Positions 29,896 to 39,793 of a stretch of DNA of 64,000 bases are shown piece after piece. The DNA is taken from NCBI GenBank assembly GCA_965197745.1, contig CBDANS010000007.1, forward strand, positions 704,001 through 768,000. The letters run 5' to 3'. Source of the DNA: Opitutales bacterium (GTDB lineage: Bacteria > Verrucomicrobiota > Verrucomicrobiia > Opitutales > PNEW01). A program made the position numbers and the translations under genes. Within the stretch, counting starts at the first letter, position 1; each line of letters starts with the position of its first letter. The notes under the pieces were generated by a model. The model saw nothing but the letters and a program-made list of their open reading frames with translations, did no database searches and was not told where the DNA came from.

Positions 29896-30948
29896 ATGAT
29901 TATACCCAAAGTAGATAGACTTTCAGACCAGCAACTCCACGAGATTGAAGCGATCGTTGGTGATTTTGGATGTCGTATTCAAGTCATCATTGGTGAACAT
30001 AGAAATATTTACGCTATTATCGGTGACGAGCGTAGCGAACTGATGGTCAACCGCCTGGTTGGACTCGATTACGTCGACCGTGTCGATCGCATGGAGTCGG
30101 TCTATAAATTGATGGATGTTCACTCTGAACTTTCCCATCACGAAATAACTATCGGAGGTAATATACTGGGAAAAAAGCTTTTTGTCACAGCAGGACTTTG
30201 CACAATTGACCCGCAAAATCCGCATTATTTTCTTGAGACCGCGCAAGCGGTAAAGGAGGCAGGTGCGCACGCTATCCGTGGCGGTATATGGAAGCCCCGT
30301 ACCACACCTCATTCTTTTCAGGGTGACAGTAAATCCATGGAAATATTGTTAGAGGCGCGTGAGCAAACAGGGTTACCGGCCCTCACTGAAGTGATGGATG
30401 AAGAACAGATAAATATGGCCGTTGAGGCTAACGTTGATATTTTCCAGGTTGGCACCAGAAATGCGCTGAATTACTCACTCCTTAAGCAGATTGGAAAAGC
30501 GACTGCAGGTAGCAGAATAGCGGTTTTCCTCAAGCGCAGCCGTCACATGGGTCCGATTGATGAATATATCTCAGCCGGTGAGTACGTTGTCTCCGGTGGG
30601 AATCCCAATCTTGTATTCTGTCCGCGGGGAACAATGCCAAATCTCGATGGATACCGAAATCATCCTGATGAGTCCATTACCCCGCTTCTCAAAGAAAAAA
30701 CCTGGGCGCCGGTTGTTGTCGATCCCTCGCATGCCGTGGGCCGCGCTGCTTATGTGCCGGCATGTAGCCTGGCCGCAATTGCTTATGGCGCTGACGGCCT
30801 TAACATTGAAACGCATATTAATCCGCCACGAGGTATCGGAGATGATCCCGTCCAAAGCGTGACTCCCGATATATTAGCCGATGTTATAAAAAACGCGGCC
30901 GAATTGTGGAATCTGTCCTCAAGGTATACCCCCTCAAAAGAAATTTAA
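29896..30948 (+). CDS. DAHP synthase class I-beta with N-terminal regulatory domain (divergent)
   Basis: AGLC, RGGIWKPRTTPHSFQG, LTEVMD, VDPSHA, IETH. Confidence 0.85.
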   Translation: MIIPKVDRLSDQQLHEIEAIVGDFGCRIQVIIGEHRNIYAIIGDERSELMVNRLVGLDYVDRVDRMESVYKLMDVHSELSHHEITIGGNILGKKLFVTAGLCTIDPQNPHYFLETAQAVKEAGAHAIRGGIWKPRTTPHSFQGDSKSMEILLEAREQTGLPALTEVMDEEQINMAVEANVDIFQVGTRNALNYSLLKQIGKATAGSRIAVFLKRSRHMGPIDEYISAGEYVVSGGNPNLVFCPRGTMPNLDGYRNHPDESITPLLKEKTWAPVVVDPSHAVGRAAYVPACSLAAIAYGADGLNIETHINPPRGIGDDPVQSVTPDILADVIKNAAELWNLSSRYTPSKEI

Positions 30949-30958
30949 TAAATATAAA

Positions 30959-31078
30959 TCATCGTCTTCGTCTGCCTCTTGGTCTTCGTCCTCAATTAAC
31001 TCAATTACTTAAAATAATAGAATAATACCTAAGTCTATTTCTCATACTACCAACGGCCACGACGACGCGTGGCCCTCC
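30959..31078 (+). repeat. Family A element with terminal REP-like hairpin
   Basis: TCGTCTTCGTCTGCCTCTTGGTCTTCGTCC...CAACGGCCACGACGACGCGTGGCCCTCC. Confidence 0.9.
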
Positions 31079-31167
31079 AGAAATAGGAAAAAGGTATCAC
31101 GTGTCTTCCAATCGGTTTTTTTCCGAAGGGCCACAACCCAAGACGAAGAAGAAATGAAGATTCGTTT

Positions 31168-33717
31168 CTAAAATAGGTCCAGCTGATTATTTTCTTCTTT
31201 GGTGTCTTTTGATTTTTTCCTATTTATCATGTGTCGACGAATAAGATTATGGCTGGATTCGTCAGATTCCAGTTTTTGCAGTATTAATTTTGCGCGTTCA
31301 ATTACATTTTTCGGTAACCCGGCGAGTCTCGCCACCTGTATGCCGTAGCTTCGGTCGGAAGCGCCACGAACAACTTGACGCATAAATATAATTTCATCGT
31401 TCCATTCTTTGACCGCGACGCAGTAATTGCGCACCCGTGGATGTTTCTGTTCGAGTTGAGTCAATTCGTGATAATGAGTGGCGAAAAGGGTACGCGGCCC
31501 CCGACTTTCGCTACCATGAAGATATTCAACTACTGACCAGGCTATACTTAATCCATCATAGGTGCTCGTTCCACGACCGATCTCATCGAGTATAATGAGA
31601 CTTTTATTGGTTGTATTGTTAAGGATATTGGCCGTTTCATTCATCTCTACCATAAAGGTGGAATTACCACGCGATAATTCATCACTGGCTCCTACGCGCG
31701 AAAAAATACGGTCGACAAGACCGATTATGCATTTCTTCGCTGGCACCCAGGATCCGGCCTGGGCCATGAGCACAATGAGCGCAACCTGTCGGATGTAAGT
31801 TGACTTGCCAGCCATATTCGGTCCGGTAATCAGGCCTATTTGCTCATTTTCCGAGTCGAGATTTGTGTCATTAGGGACAAAGGCTCGTGTTCCCGCCAGT
31901 CCGTAGAGTTCATTTCGCATCATCTGTTCGACCACGGGGTGACGTCCTTGCTCTATTACCAGGACATCGCTATTGTCTAACTCAGGGCAGTTATAATCCC
32001 ACTCCCGTGCAATTTTTGACCATCCGATAAGAAGATCAATACGCGCGAGCACTTCTGCCGTATCCTTGAGCCTATCGACTTTTGCCAACACTTGTGCCAC
32101 GAGATCACGGAAGAGAACTTCCTCGCGGGCGATAGATTTTTCTTCTGCATGGAGAATTTCTTTCTCTCTTTCTTTGAGCTCAGGCGTATAGTATCGCTCG
32201 GCATTGGTCATCGTCTGCTTGCGGATATAATTGTCCGGAACCAGATGAAGATTAGACTTTGTTATTTCGATAAAATAACCGAATGCATTATTGTATTTAA
32301 TCCGCAGATTCCTGATTCCACTTCTTTTCTGTTCACTATTTTCCAGTTCACTAATCCATGTTTTATTGTCTTTTGAGAGGTGACGCACACGGTCAAGTTC
32401 GTCATCATAATTGTCTCGGATATAATTACCTTCCTGTATTTGATTGGGCAGGGTTTCTACTAAAGCTCTGTCAAGGAGATCGCGTAAATCCGGAAAATCT
32501 TCCACTTTTTTACCTAAATCAGACACTCCCGGTTCATTAAATTGCTGAATTACTTCTATAATGAAGGGGAGTTGTTTTAAGGTATCGCGAATTCCACCCA
32601 GTTCGCGGGGGTTACGCAAACGGTTCTGCAGTCGCCCGAGAATACGCGCGACATCACGAACACATCTGAGGTATTCATGTAGCTCGGAAGCCAGCCCCGG
32701 TACTTCGAGAAATTCCCCTACACAGCGTTGACGACTTTTTATTTCATTCAGATCGAGAGTGGGCTCCGCCAGGTATTGCTCCAGCAGTCTTGCGCCGGCA
32801 GCAGTAACCGTGGCGTCCATAACAGCTAGTAGTGATCCATCGCGAAAATTATTAGTGGTTCGAAATATTTCCAGATTTCGCAAGGTAGCGGGATCAAGGA
32901 GTAGCGTGCGGGTGCTGTGGTATTCACTAATCCGGTTTAAATTTTCGGGTTTGGCGCAAAGATTTTCTGTAGCATAGGTGACAATGGCACCGGCGCTTCC
33001 GAGTGCCGGGTGATCCTGGTTTATGCCAAAACCTTCGAGATTAAGAACCCCTAACGTTTCCATAATGGTCTTCGCACCCGTGGATTGTTCAAAATGATAA
33101 TCTGGCAGTTCATTTACCGGTCGTCCCTGGCTGAAATTTTTTAAAGGTTCGAGCCATGGCATGAGATGGTCTTTCTCTGCCCAGGTACGGTGACAGCTCT
33201 CAGAAATTATTATTTCGCGGGGATCGATACTCGAGAACAGGGGCAACAGATTTTCCGGATTTTGGTCAGAAGCAATTTGGAAATCGCCCGTCGTTAAATC
33301 CAACCACGCCGCGTGGATGGAGTCATAAGAAAACTCGACGGCTAGCAAGTAATGATTTTTTCGCGCATCGATCTGGTGGTCTTCAAGGGTAGTGCCGGGG
33401 GTAAGTATTCGGGTCAGGGCGCGTTTTACAATTTTTCCCGGCTGCGGGGATTCCATCTGATCGCAGATGGCCACTTTTTTCCCCGCGGCGAGCAGCTTCC
33501 CAACATAATTGTCTGCCGCGTGATAGGGAATACCGGCCATAGGCAGACTGTTTCGAGCCGTAAGTGTGATACCGAGAATCTCAGATCCAATTTTGGCATC
33601 TTCGTTAAACATTTCGTAAAAATCCCCTAATCGAAAAAGGAGTACGGTGTTGGGGGGCAGATTCTCGCGAACCTCCAGGTATTGCCGCATCATCGGGGTA
33701 AGTGCCTTTTTCACCAT
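31168..33717 (-). CDS. mutS: DNA mismatch repair protein MutS
   Basis: TPMMRQY, FRLGDFYEMF, ITGPNMAGKSTY, STFMVEM, LDEIGRGTST, FATHYHEL, SYGIQVA. Confidence 0.99.
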   Translation of the reverse strand: MVKKALTPMMRQYLEVRENLPPNTVLLFRLGDFYEMFNEDAKIGSEILGITLTARNSLPMAGIPYHAADNYVGKLLAAGKKVAICDQMESPQPGKIVKRALTRILTPGTTLEDHQIDARKNHYLLAVEFSYDSIHAAWLDLTTGDFQIASDQNPENLLPLFSSIDPREIIISESCHRTWAEKDHLMPWLEPLKNFSQGRPVNELPDYHFEQSTGAKTIMETLGVLNLEGFGINQDHPALGSAGAIVTYATENLCAKPENLNRISEYHSTRTLLLDPATLRNLEIFRTTNNFRDGSLLAVMDATVTAAGARLLEQYLAEPTLDLNEIKSRQRCVGEFLEVPGLASELHEYLRCVRDVARILGRLQNRLRNPRELGGIRDTLKQLPFIIEVIQQFNEPGVSDLGKKVEDFPDLRDLLDRALVETLPNQIQEGNYIRDNYDDELDRVRHLSKDNKTWISELENSEQKRSGIRNLRIKYNNAFGYFIEITKSNLHLVPDNYIRKQTMTNAERYYTPELKEREKEILHAEEKSIAREEVLFRDLVAQVLAKVDRLKDTAEVLARIDLLIGWSKIAREWDYNCPELDNSDVLVIEQGRHPVVEQMMRNELYGLAGTRAFVPNDTNLDSENEQIGLITGPNMAGKSTYIRQVALIVLMAQAGSWVPAKKCIIGLVDRIFSRVGASDELSRGNSTFMVEMNETANILNNTTNKSLIILDEIGRGTSTYDGLSIAWSVVEYLHGSESRGPRTLFATHYHELTQLEQKHPRVRNYCVAVKEWNDEIIFMRQVVRGASDRSYGIQVARLAGLPKNVIERAKLILQKLESDESSHNLIRRHMINRKKSKDTKEENNQLDLF

Positions 33718-33993
33718 ACTTTTTCTAAATAAAGAGTCAATATGTCAAAAGGTCAAAAAGTCAAAAGGTCAAAAGAAGGAATGCGATTATGCGAAAATGC
33801 GGGTTAGCGGTCCAAGCGTATCTAGACTGAGTAGATTCAACTCTCATCATTAAACTCACATTAACCTGAGCATTGTCGAGGGAACCATAGCGGCAAACCC
33901 TGAAACCTGACTCTTAAAACAGAAAATCCTTAGATTATCTCCCTTTCGAACTTTGACTCTATCTCCAATTCCTATCAGTATTCCTGTACTGTT

Positions 33994-34821
33994 ATGGAAT
34001 CACCAGTGGCATATCGCTATTTTGGGGGAGAAGGTAACCCTCCGCTTGTTATTCTTCATGGTTTATTAGGCTCCTCAAGAAATTGGCAAAGCGTAGGCAA
34101 AGCTCTGGTTAATGACTATGAAGTCTTTGCTCTCGACTTGCGCAATCACGGTAATTCCCCGCATACCGAAGCTATGACCTTTACCGGTTTAGTGGATGAC
34201 CTTCAAGACTGGCTTAATTGTCAGGGATTAAAGGAGGTTAACATTATGGGGCACAGCCTGGGGGGGAAAGTGGCGATGGCCTTTGCCTGTCAGTACGCTG
34301 ATCGAGTAGCCACCCTGCTGATTATCGATATTGCACCGAAAAACTATCCACCACATCATGATCATACATTCGATGCGATGAACGGATTGGATCTAGAGAA
34401 TCTCCAGAGCAGGGCAGATGCTGATAGGGAACTGGAGTCTGATATCTCAGATTTGGCGTTACGCCAATTTCTACTTACCAACTTGAAAAAAGATCCTGAT
34501 GGAGGACATCGCTGGCAGGTGAACCTGCCCGTCCTTACTGAGAGTTTACCGACACTTTCGTTAAACCCACTCGATTTAGCAGACCGGTATTTTGGCCCCA
34601 CACTTTTTATTCGCGGGGCACATTCTGATTATGTTTCGGAACAGGATATCCCAACGCTTAAGCGCCATTTTCCACAAAATGTCATGGTCACTTTAGAAAA
34701 TACCATGCACAATCCCCACCAGAGCAATCCAGATGCATTTATTACCTGCCTCACCGAGTTCAGGGCATTCCTCAGTCGAAGTGACAGCGCCTGGGAACCC
34801 GGCGGCACATGCACATCCTGA
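33994..34821 (+). CDS. Alpha/beta hydrolase (YbfF/ABHD11-like esterase)
   Basis: LHGLLGS, DLRNHG.SP, GHSLGG nucleophile elbow, DIAP, C-terminal His. Confidence 0.9.
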   Translation: MESPVAYRYFGGEGNPPLVILHGLLGSSRNWQSVGKALVNDYEVFALDLRNHGNSPHTEAMTFTGLVDDLQDWLNCQGLKEVNIMGHSLGGKVAMAFACQYADRVATLLIIDIAPKNYPPHHDHTFDAMNGLDLENLQSRADADRELESDISDLALRQFLLTNLKKDPDGGHRWQVNLPVLTESLPTLSLNPLDLADRYFGPTLFIRGAHSDYVSEQDIPTLKRHFPQNVMVTLENTMHNPHQSNPDAFITCLTEFRAFLSRSDSAWEPGGTCTS

Positions 34822-34874
34822 GCGTCGCAAATGCGGACATAGACAAAGATTATGGATAATCACCATACAATGAA

Positions 34875-35037
34875 TCTTCGTCTTCGTCTGCCTCCTCGTC
34901 TTCGTCCTTATTTACCCTAATTACTAAATAATTAGGGTTATTAAATCTTAGACTATATATCATACTTCCCAACGGACGCGATCAGCCGTCGCCCCGCAAC
35001 CGCGGGGCTATGGCCGACAGGCTTTACGCGTCCCTCC
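34875..35037 (+). repeat. Family A element whose REP loop contains a 40 bp inserted module (34982-35021)
   Basis: CGGACGCGA|TCAGCCGTCGCCCCGCAACCGCGGGGCTATGGCCGACAGG|CTTTACGCGTCCCTCC. Confidence 0.92.
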
Positions 35038-35160
35038 ATATTATTTTTGTGATTTTTATGGCTATTTAATGGGAGGACCAAGACGCAGACGATGACGAAG
35101 ACGACGATTATAGGCATATCGCCATACAATGAAGCTTCATCTGCGTCCTCTTAAATATAT

Positions 35161-35360
35161 CACCCTGGAGGGGTGACACAATCATAGCCCACAGCGTAAG
35201 CTGTGGGAAATAATATACGAAAAATTAAGCCCCAGCGGGGCGACACAAATTGACAGATAATCCGGTTTGTGTCGCCCCGCTGGGGCTCTAAAATTGGGTT
35301 GCCATCACCTTACCCATTGCTTGCGCAATGGGCTAATTATGTTACGCCCCTCCGGGGCTA
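35161..35360. repeat. Family C ~200 bp imperfect palindrome with multiple hairpins, copy 1
   Basis: CACCCTGGAGGGGTG..CCCACAGCGTAAGCTGTGGG..AGCCCCAGCGGGGCGACACAAA / TTTGTGTCGCCCCGCTGGGGCT..CCCATTGCTTGCGCAATGGG..GCCCCTCCGGGGC. Confidence 0.92.
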
Positions 35361-35417
35361 ATAGAAAGCCGAAGATTATCGTATATTATCATACCCCTCT
35401 ACCTGCCGGAAAGCTGG

Positions 35418-36356
35418 CTAGCGCGACCAGATTCGCAGGGAATTCAGAAAGAAATACTCCATTGCTGCACCCTCATTAAGGTTTACTTCAAGCAGGCCTG
35501 CACATTGCTCGAGATTCGAAACCGCCTGAGCAAATTGATAAACAAGAAATTCTTGTGTTTCTTTAGCTGAATGGACGACAAAATGCCTTGTTTGTATTTC
35601 CAGTTCAGTAATCAATTGTTTTCGAATGCTTTTTTGCATCCCTACTTTATAAGCTTCTTTTTCCTCCTCGTCCAAATGGTCGGGCATGACTGATTTCTCA
35701 TTATTCCAGATGGTCTCGGTGTATGTTTTGATTATACTTTGGTAACGCGTCACTAACCCGTAAGTGGCTAATACTAATTCTGCTTTATCTTGAGCTGTTT
35801 CCACGCCATCGTTCAGTCCCTTCAACCATTTTCGATAATCTTCTATCCAGGATTGCCATTCGGGGTCTTCAATAAGGATTAATTGGGAGGGTAGGTGGAA
35901 ATTAAAACAGCGGCTGCGAATAGTATCGAGAAGGGCGTAAGGACGGGTCGATAATAAAATAATCGTTGTATTGGCGGGGGGTTCTTCCAGGGTTTTCAGG
36001 AATGCGTTGGCGGACTCACGGTTCATTCTGTCAGCATCGTAGACAAGCGCTACTTTATTATTACTTAGACGAGGCGTATGTTGAATCCGGCGATTAAGTT
36101 CCCGTGTTTCTCCTATCCTGATTTGTCTCGCTTTGTGAGAGGGTCGCAGAGTGAAAAAATCCGGATGCGCACTGGCTTGATTGGACGATTCAAGTAAGGT
36201 CGAAGCCAGCGCCAACCCGACTTCTTCAAGGGTCTCGCTATTTTTTCCATGAAGAAGGATCCCGTGCGCAAGACGACCTTTCTTGATTGAACGGTCGAGA
36301 ACCTTTACGGGACGGCTATGGCACAGTGGCTCAGATAAAGCGTCCGCTAAGCTCAT
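35418..36356 (-). CDS. holB: DNA polymerase III delta-prime subunit
   Basis: HPDF, ADRMNRESANAFLKTLEEPP, TIRSRC; directly downstream of tmk. Confidence 0.9.
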   Translation of the reverse strand: MSLADALSEPLCHSRPVKVLDRSIKKGRLAHGILLHGKNSETLEEVGLALASTLLESSNQASAHPDFFTLRPSHKARQIRIGETRELNRRIQHTPRLSNNKVALVYDADRMNRESANAFLKTLEEPPANTTIILLSTRPYALLDTIRSRCFNFHLPSQLILIEDPEWQSWIEDYRKWLKGLNDGVETAQDKAELVLATYGLVTRYQSIIKTYTETIWNNEKSVMPDHLDEEEKEAYKVGMQKSIRKQLITELEIQTRHFVVHSAKETQEFLVYQFAQAVSNLEQCAGLLEVNLNEGAAMEYFFLNSLRIWSR

Positions 36357-36972
36357 CCCAGATTATTACCTCCAGTTCTCTTGCGGGCATGGTTCCATCA
36401 ACGACCACAAATCTTTCTGGCATGGCTTTTGCGAGCATCAAGTAACCCTCCCGCACTTTGTGATAAAAATCGATATTTTCCTCTTCCATGCGATCCGGAA
36501 GGTCGGATACCCGTTTTTTAATACGTTGAAGGCCAATTTCCGCGGGCACATCAAGGACTATCGTGATATTAGGCATCAGATTGCCGATGGCAAAAGTGTT
36601 AATGACGTGAACCGGTTCTGCTGAGATCTGCCTGCCAACTCCCTGGTAGACTGTCGTGGAATCAAGAAACCGGTCACAAAGAATAATTTTCCCCAAATCC
36701 AAATTTGGGATGATTACTTCGCGCACGAGTTGTGCACGGCTCGCGGCAAAAAGTAAGAGTTCGGTTTCAGGGCAGAAATTACTGTTTGGAGATGCATGCT
36801 TGAGAAGGTGACGTATTTCTTCACCCACCTCTGTCCCTCCGGGTTCGCGCGTAACAACAACTTCATGCCCTGCATCCTGAAAGCGATCTGCGATCCGGCC
36901 GATTTGGGTGGTTTTACCACTACCTTCTGAACCTTCAAATGAAATGAGCACACCGCTTTTTGAATCTTCCAT
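36331..36972 (-). CDS. tmk: Thymidylate kinase
   Basis: FEGSEGSGKTTQ, TREPGGT, ELLLFAASRAQ, CDRFLDSTTVYQG. Confidence 0.97.
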   Translation of the reverse strand: MEDSKSGVLISFEGSEGSGKTTQIGRIADRFQDAGHEVVVTREPGGTEVGEEIRHLLKHASPNSNFCPETELLLFAASRAQLVREVIIPNLDLGKIILCDRFLDSTTVYQGVGRQISAEPVHVINTFAIGNLMPNITIVLDVPAEIGLQRIKKRVSDLPDRMEEENIDFYHKVREGYLMLAKAMPERFVVVDGTMPARELEVIIWDELSGRFI

Positions 36973-36977
36973 GGCTT

Positions 36978-38090
36978 TTAATTCCAGTTGCGAATATAAT
37001 TATCAATTTCGAATAGAGTAGGGCTAGTTGCCGTCCCCACATAATGACTGGAAAATGCCACGGCCAAAGTAAGACAAGCGAGAGGGCTCATGCCAAGGAT
37101 TAATCCCGTGGTAAATCCAGCATTAAAATGGTCACCGGCTCCTGTGGTTATTTTTGGAGTGTCGGTAGTGTGACCCTCAATCCACCATGCATCATCTTTC
37201 GTCGCACAGGTTGCAGATTCAACAGGATGAATAACGACGCAATGAATCTTTAGCTCCTTTCTGATATTGGACGCCATTTTCTTAAGTCCCTTGGCATCGG
37301 CATCGACACTTTTCTTGCCCATTACTTTATAAACACGTTGTGCTTCTTTAAAATTGAGCCCCAGACACACATTTCCATGACTGCGGAATTTAGATATGAT
37401 CGAGAGAACCACCTTGATATCGCCATCAGAGCGTTTCTCCGGATCGGAAAGATCGAAGAAAAACTGACGTCCGTCGTGAGGAGGAAGATTGGGCAGAACC
37501 TTTTCGAGCAATGATGCAAATAGGGCCGTCATGTTCGGGATCATCGTCCAGTTTAACAGGGCGATGAGATCCGCTTTAGAAAGGGCATCAAACAATGCGC
37601 CTTCGCCCAGGGTATTGACAATATTTTCATAAGTCAGTTCATCGAAGCCCGAGGTATCATTGAGCATGATTTTACCGTCCGAAAATTCCAGGGCCATCGT
37701 AATTCCATGATTACCGACAGACCCGCCTTCAGCCTGTTCGGCGAATTCTTTGAAAACCGGGTGGATGTTCGGTTTTCCTAACGCCCCAAGATATTTAACA
37801 TGCATTCCTGTAGCGAGCAATGCATTTGCCATGATTGGACCGTTTCCGCCAATCTTCTCCATTTTTTGGTATAGTTCGATGTTGGTGCTCTTACCTGCGG
37901 CATCACTTATCCGGGTTCCCAAGGCATCGATCGTTTCAATCGGCCTAAAATTTTCACCGGACCCGGTACGTTGATCTACAACCTTCATGATCTTGTCGAC
38001 AAAGCCGTCAAATCCGACGAGAGCATTTTTCGAACTGATCACACCGCTTTTTTTTTCAAGCTCTTCTAATGTTTTTTGCTTAAAATCCAT
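36978..38090 (-). CDS. PfkB family carbohydrate kinase-like protein
   Basis: GGNGPIMANAL near the N-terminus and the TTGAGDHFNAGF anion-hole motif. Confidence 0.8.
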   Translation of the reverse strand: MDFKQKTLEELEKKSGVISSKNALVGFDGFVDKIMKVVDQRTGSGENFRPIETIDALGTRISDAAGKSTNIELYQKMEKIGGNGPIMANALLATGMHVKYLGALGKPNIHPVFKEFAEQAEGGSVGNHGITMALEFSDGKIMLNDTSGFDELTYENIVNTLGEGALFDALSKADLIALLNWTMIPNMTALFASLLEKVLPNLPPHDGRQFFFDLSDPEKRSDGDIKVVLSIISKFRSHGNVCLGLNFKEAQRVYKVMGKKSVDADAKGLKKMASNIRKELKIHCVVIHPVESATCATKDDAWWIEGHTTDTPKITTGAGDHFNAGFTTGLILGMSPLACLTLAVAFSSHYVGTATSPTLFEIDNYIRNWN

Positions 38091-38269
38091 TTATCTACAA
38101 TTTTCAATTGACAATGAAAACACCACGCCAAAATACGGCAACTTAATTCCATTAGCCGGGGTTAATAACTCCTGGCAAATTGCCAATGCGCGTCAGGGGT
38201 GTTAATAGTGAGTTGTTAATCCCATACCCCTAACGCTGCGTCTTTATCGGCGTGTTCATCCAATGATTT

Positions 38270-38470
38270 CACCCCGGAGGGGTGACACAATCATAGCCCA
38301 CAGCGTAAGCTGTGGGAAATAATTAACGAAAAAAATAAGCCCCAGCGGGGCGACACAAACCGGATTGACAGTCTAATTGTGTCGCCCTTCCGGGGCTCTG
38401 AAAATGGGTGGTACATCACCATACCCATTGCTTGTGCAATGGGCTAAATATGTATCGCCCCGCTGGGGCT
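38270..38470. repeat. Family C ~200 bp palindrome, copy 2
   Basis: Aligns in direct orientation with 35161-35360; partial right arms also at about 38761-38805 and 42204-42247. Confidence 0.92.
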
Positions 38471-38510
38471 TTTTGTAATGCGGGCTCGGGCTTATTGTTA
38501 TACATTTCAG

Positions 38511-38742
38511 CTTAGTCTTCGTCTGCCTCCTCGTCTTCGTCCTCTTTTCCCTCAATTACCTAATCGCAAGTGGTATTAAATCTAAGTCAGTATTCCAAAC
38601 TTCCCAGCGGCCACGACGATGCGTGGCCCTCCAGAAAAAGAACAAATGGAGGTGGGATGGCAACGTTATGCCTGTCGGCCATAGTCCCGCCACCGCGGAA
38701 CGACGGCTGATGGCTATCTGAATCCAAGGACGAAGACGAAGA
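38511..38742 (+). repeat. Family A element (38511-38632), REP spacer, and a 40 bp module (38671-38710) inserted in a TAGCCACATAA repeat
   Basis: The REP is followed by AGAAAAAGAACAAATGGAGG, the reverse complement of the spacer at 6686-6701. Confidence 0.88.
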
Positions 38743-38894
38743 TTATAGGTAATGATCAAACCATTGTTTGCGCAATGGGCCAATTATGTATCGCTCCTCC
38801 GGGGTTGGGGCGTTATGGTATTGTTTCTTAAGATTGAACTGTTATATCATTTAATGTAACTGTTTAAGTATTATCATAACTCAATATATAGAGT

Positions 38895-39611
38895 ATGCTC
38901 ATAAATAATTTGTTTATTTCATCGGGGATATTAGGAGCGCTTCCCAATGTATTCACCTATTTCAGCCAATCGAATACAGCGGGTAAAGTCATTGTTATTG
39001 CGCTGCTCCTATTAAGTTTGCTCGCATGGACAGTCATGGTCGGTAAGTATCTCGACCTGCGACGTCTTCGTGATATAAATTTGCATTTACAGAGTGAACT
39101 TAACCGTGCTGACTCTATTTTAAAGATCGATCCTCAGTTGTATACCCGCACGCGCGGGCCCTATGGGGTACTCACTAAGAATGCTATTGATTCATTCTAT
39201 CGGTCAGAGGACAGTTGGAAAAATGATGCCGCCCGCATAAGCCATGTTGAAAACGCGCTTCAGCGATCGGTAGCGGAAGCCACTATTCTCTATGAGTCAA
39301 AAATGGTTTTACTCGGATCTATCGTCTCCGGCGCTCCTTTCCTGGGACTGCTTGGCACCGTGTGGGGGGTGATGGACGCCTTTGGCTCGATTGCTTTGAA
39401 GAGCAGCGCCAGTATTCAAATGCTCGCCCCCGGCGTCTCCGGCGCCTTACTCACCACCGTTGCTGCCCTTCTCGTTGCTATCCCATCCGTTTTCGGCTAT
39501 AATTATCTGCTCACGCAGTCGAAAATAATGGTCACCGAACTGGAGAATTTTGCCAGCTCCCTCGCCGATCACATTGAATTAGAAGCCTTTAATCGAAATG
39601 AAAGTGAGTGA
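38895..39611 (+). CDS. MotA/TolQ/ExbB proton channel protein
   Basis: APFLGLLGTVWGVM, LAPGVSGALLTT, VAIPS. Confidence 0.93.
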   Translation: MLINNLFISSGILGALPNVFTYFSQSNTAGKVIVIALLLLSLLAWTVMVGKYLDLRRLRDINLHLQSELNRADSILKIDPQLYTRTRGPYGVLTKNAIDSFYRSEDSWKNDAARISHVENALQRSVAEATILYESKMVLLGSIVSGAPFLGLLGTVWGVMDAFGSIALKSSASIQMLAPGVSGALLTTVAALLVAIPSVFGYNYLLTQSKIMVTELENFASSLADHIELEAFNRNESE

Positions 39612-39629
39612 AAAATTCAAAGAATTTCA

Positions 39630-39793
39630 ATTTTTCAGTGTTAAGTATCAGGTTTTAAGTTTTAAGCAAGTAACTGGATTTTTGATTAATGAGCAGAGTG
39701 TGAGAACAGCAAATATTCAACCTTTGACTTTCGACCTTCGACTTTCGACCTAACACCTTACACTTAACACCTTACACTTAACACCTAAAACTT
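39630..39793. repeat. Heptamer tandem arrays (TCGACYT, TAACACY) in inverted arrangement
   Basis: GTGTTAAGTATCAGGTTTTAAG on the left; CCTTTGACTTTCGACCTTCGACTTTCGACCTAACACCTTACACTTAACACCTTACACTTAACACCTAAAACTT on the right. Confidence 0.85.

Noticed and set aside
33866..33883. CCTGAGCATTGTCGAGGG, resembling another dispersed hairpin repeat
   Set aside because: Only one copy was seen in the window, so it cannot be supported as a family here.
35161..38470. Composite transposon carrying holB-tmk-pfkB between family C copies
   Set aside because: The cargo is core genes in the usual tmk-holB order; there is no transposase or target duplication, and partial C arms occur elsewhere.
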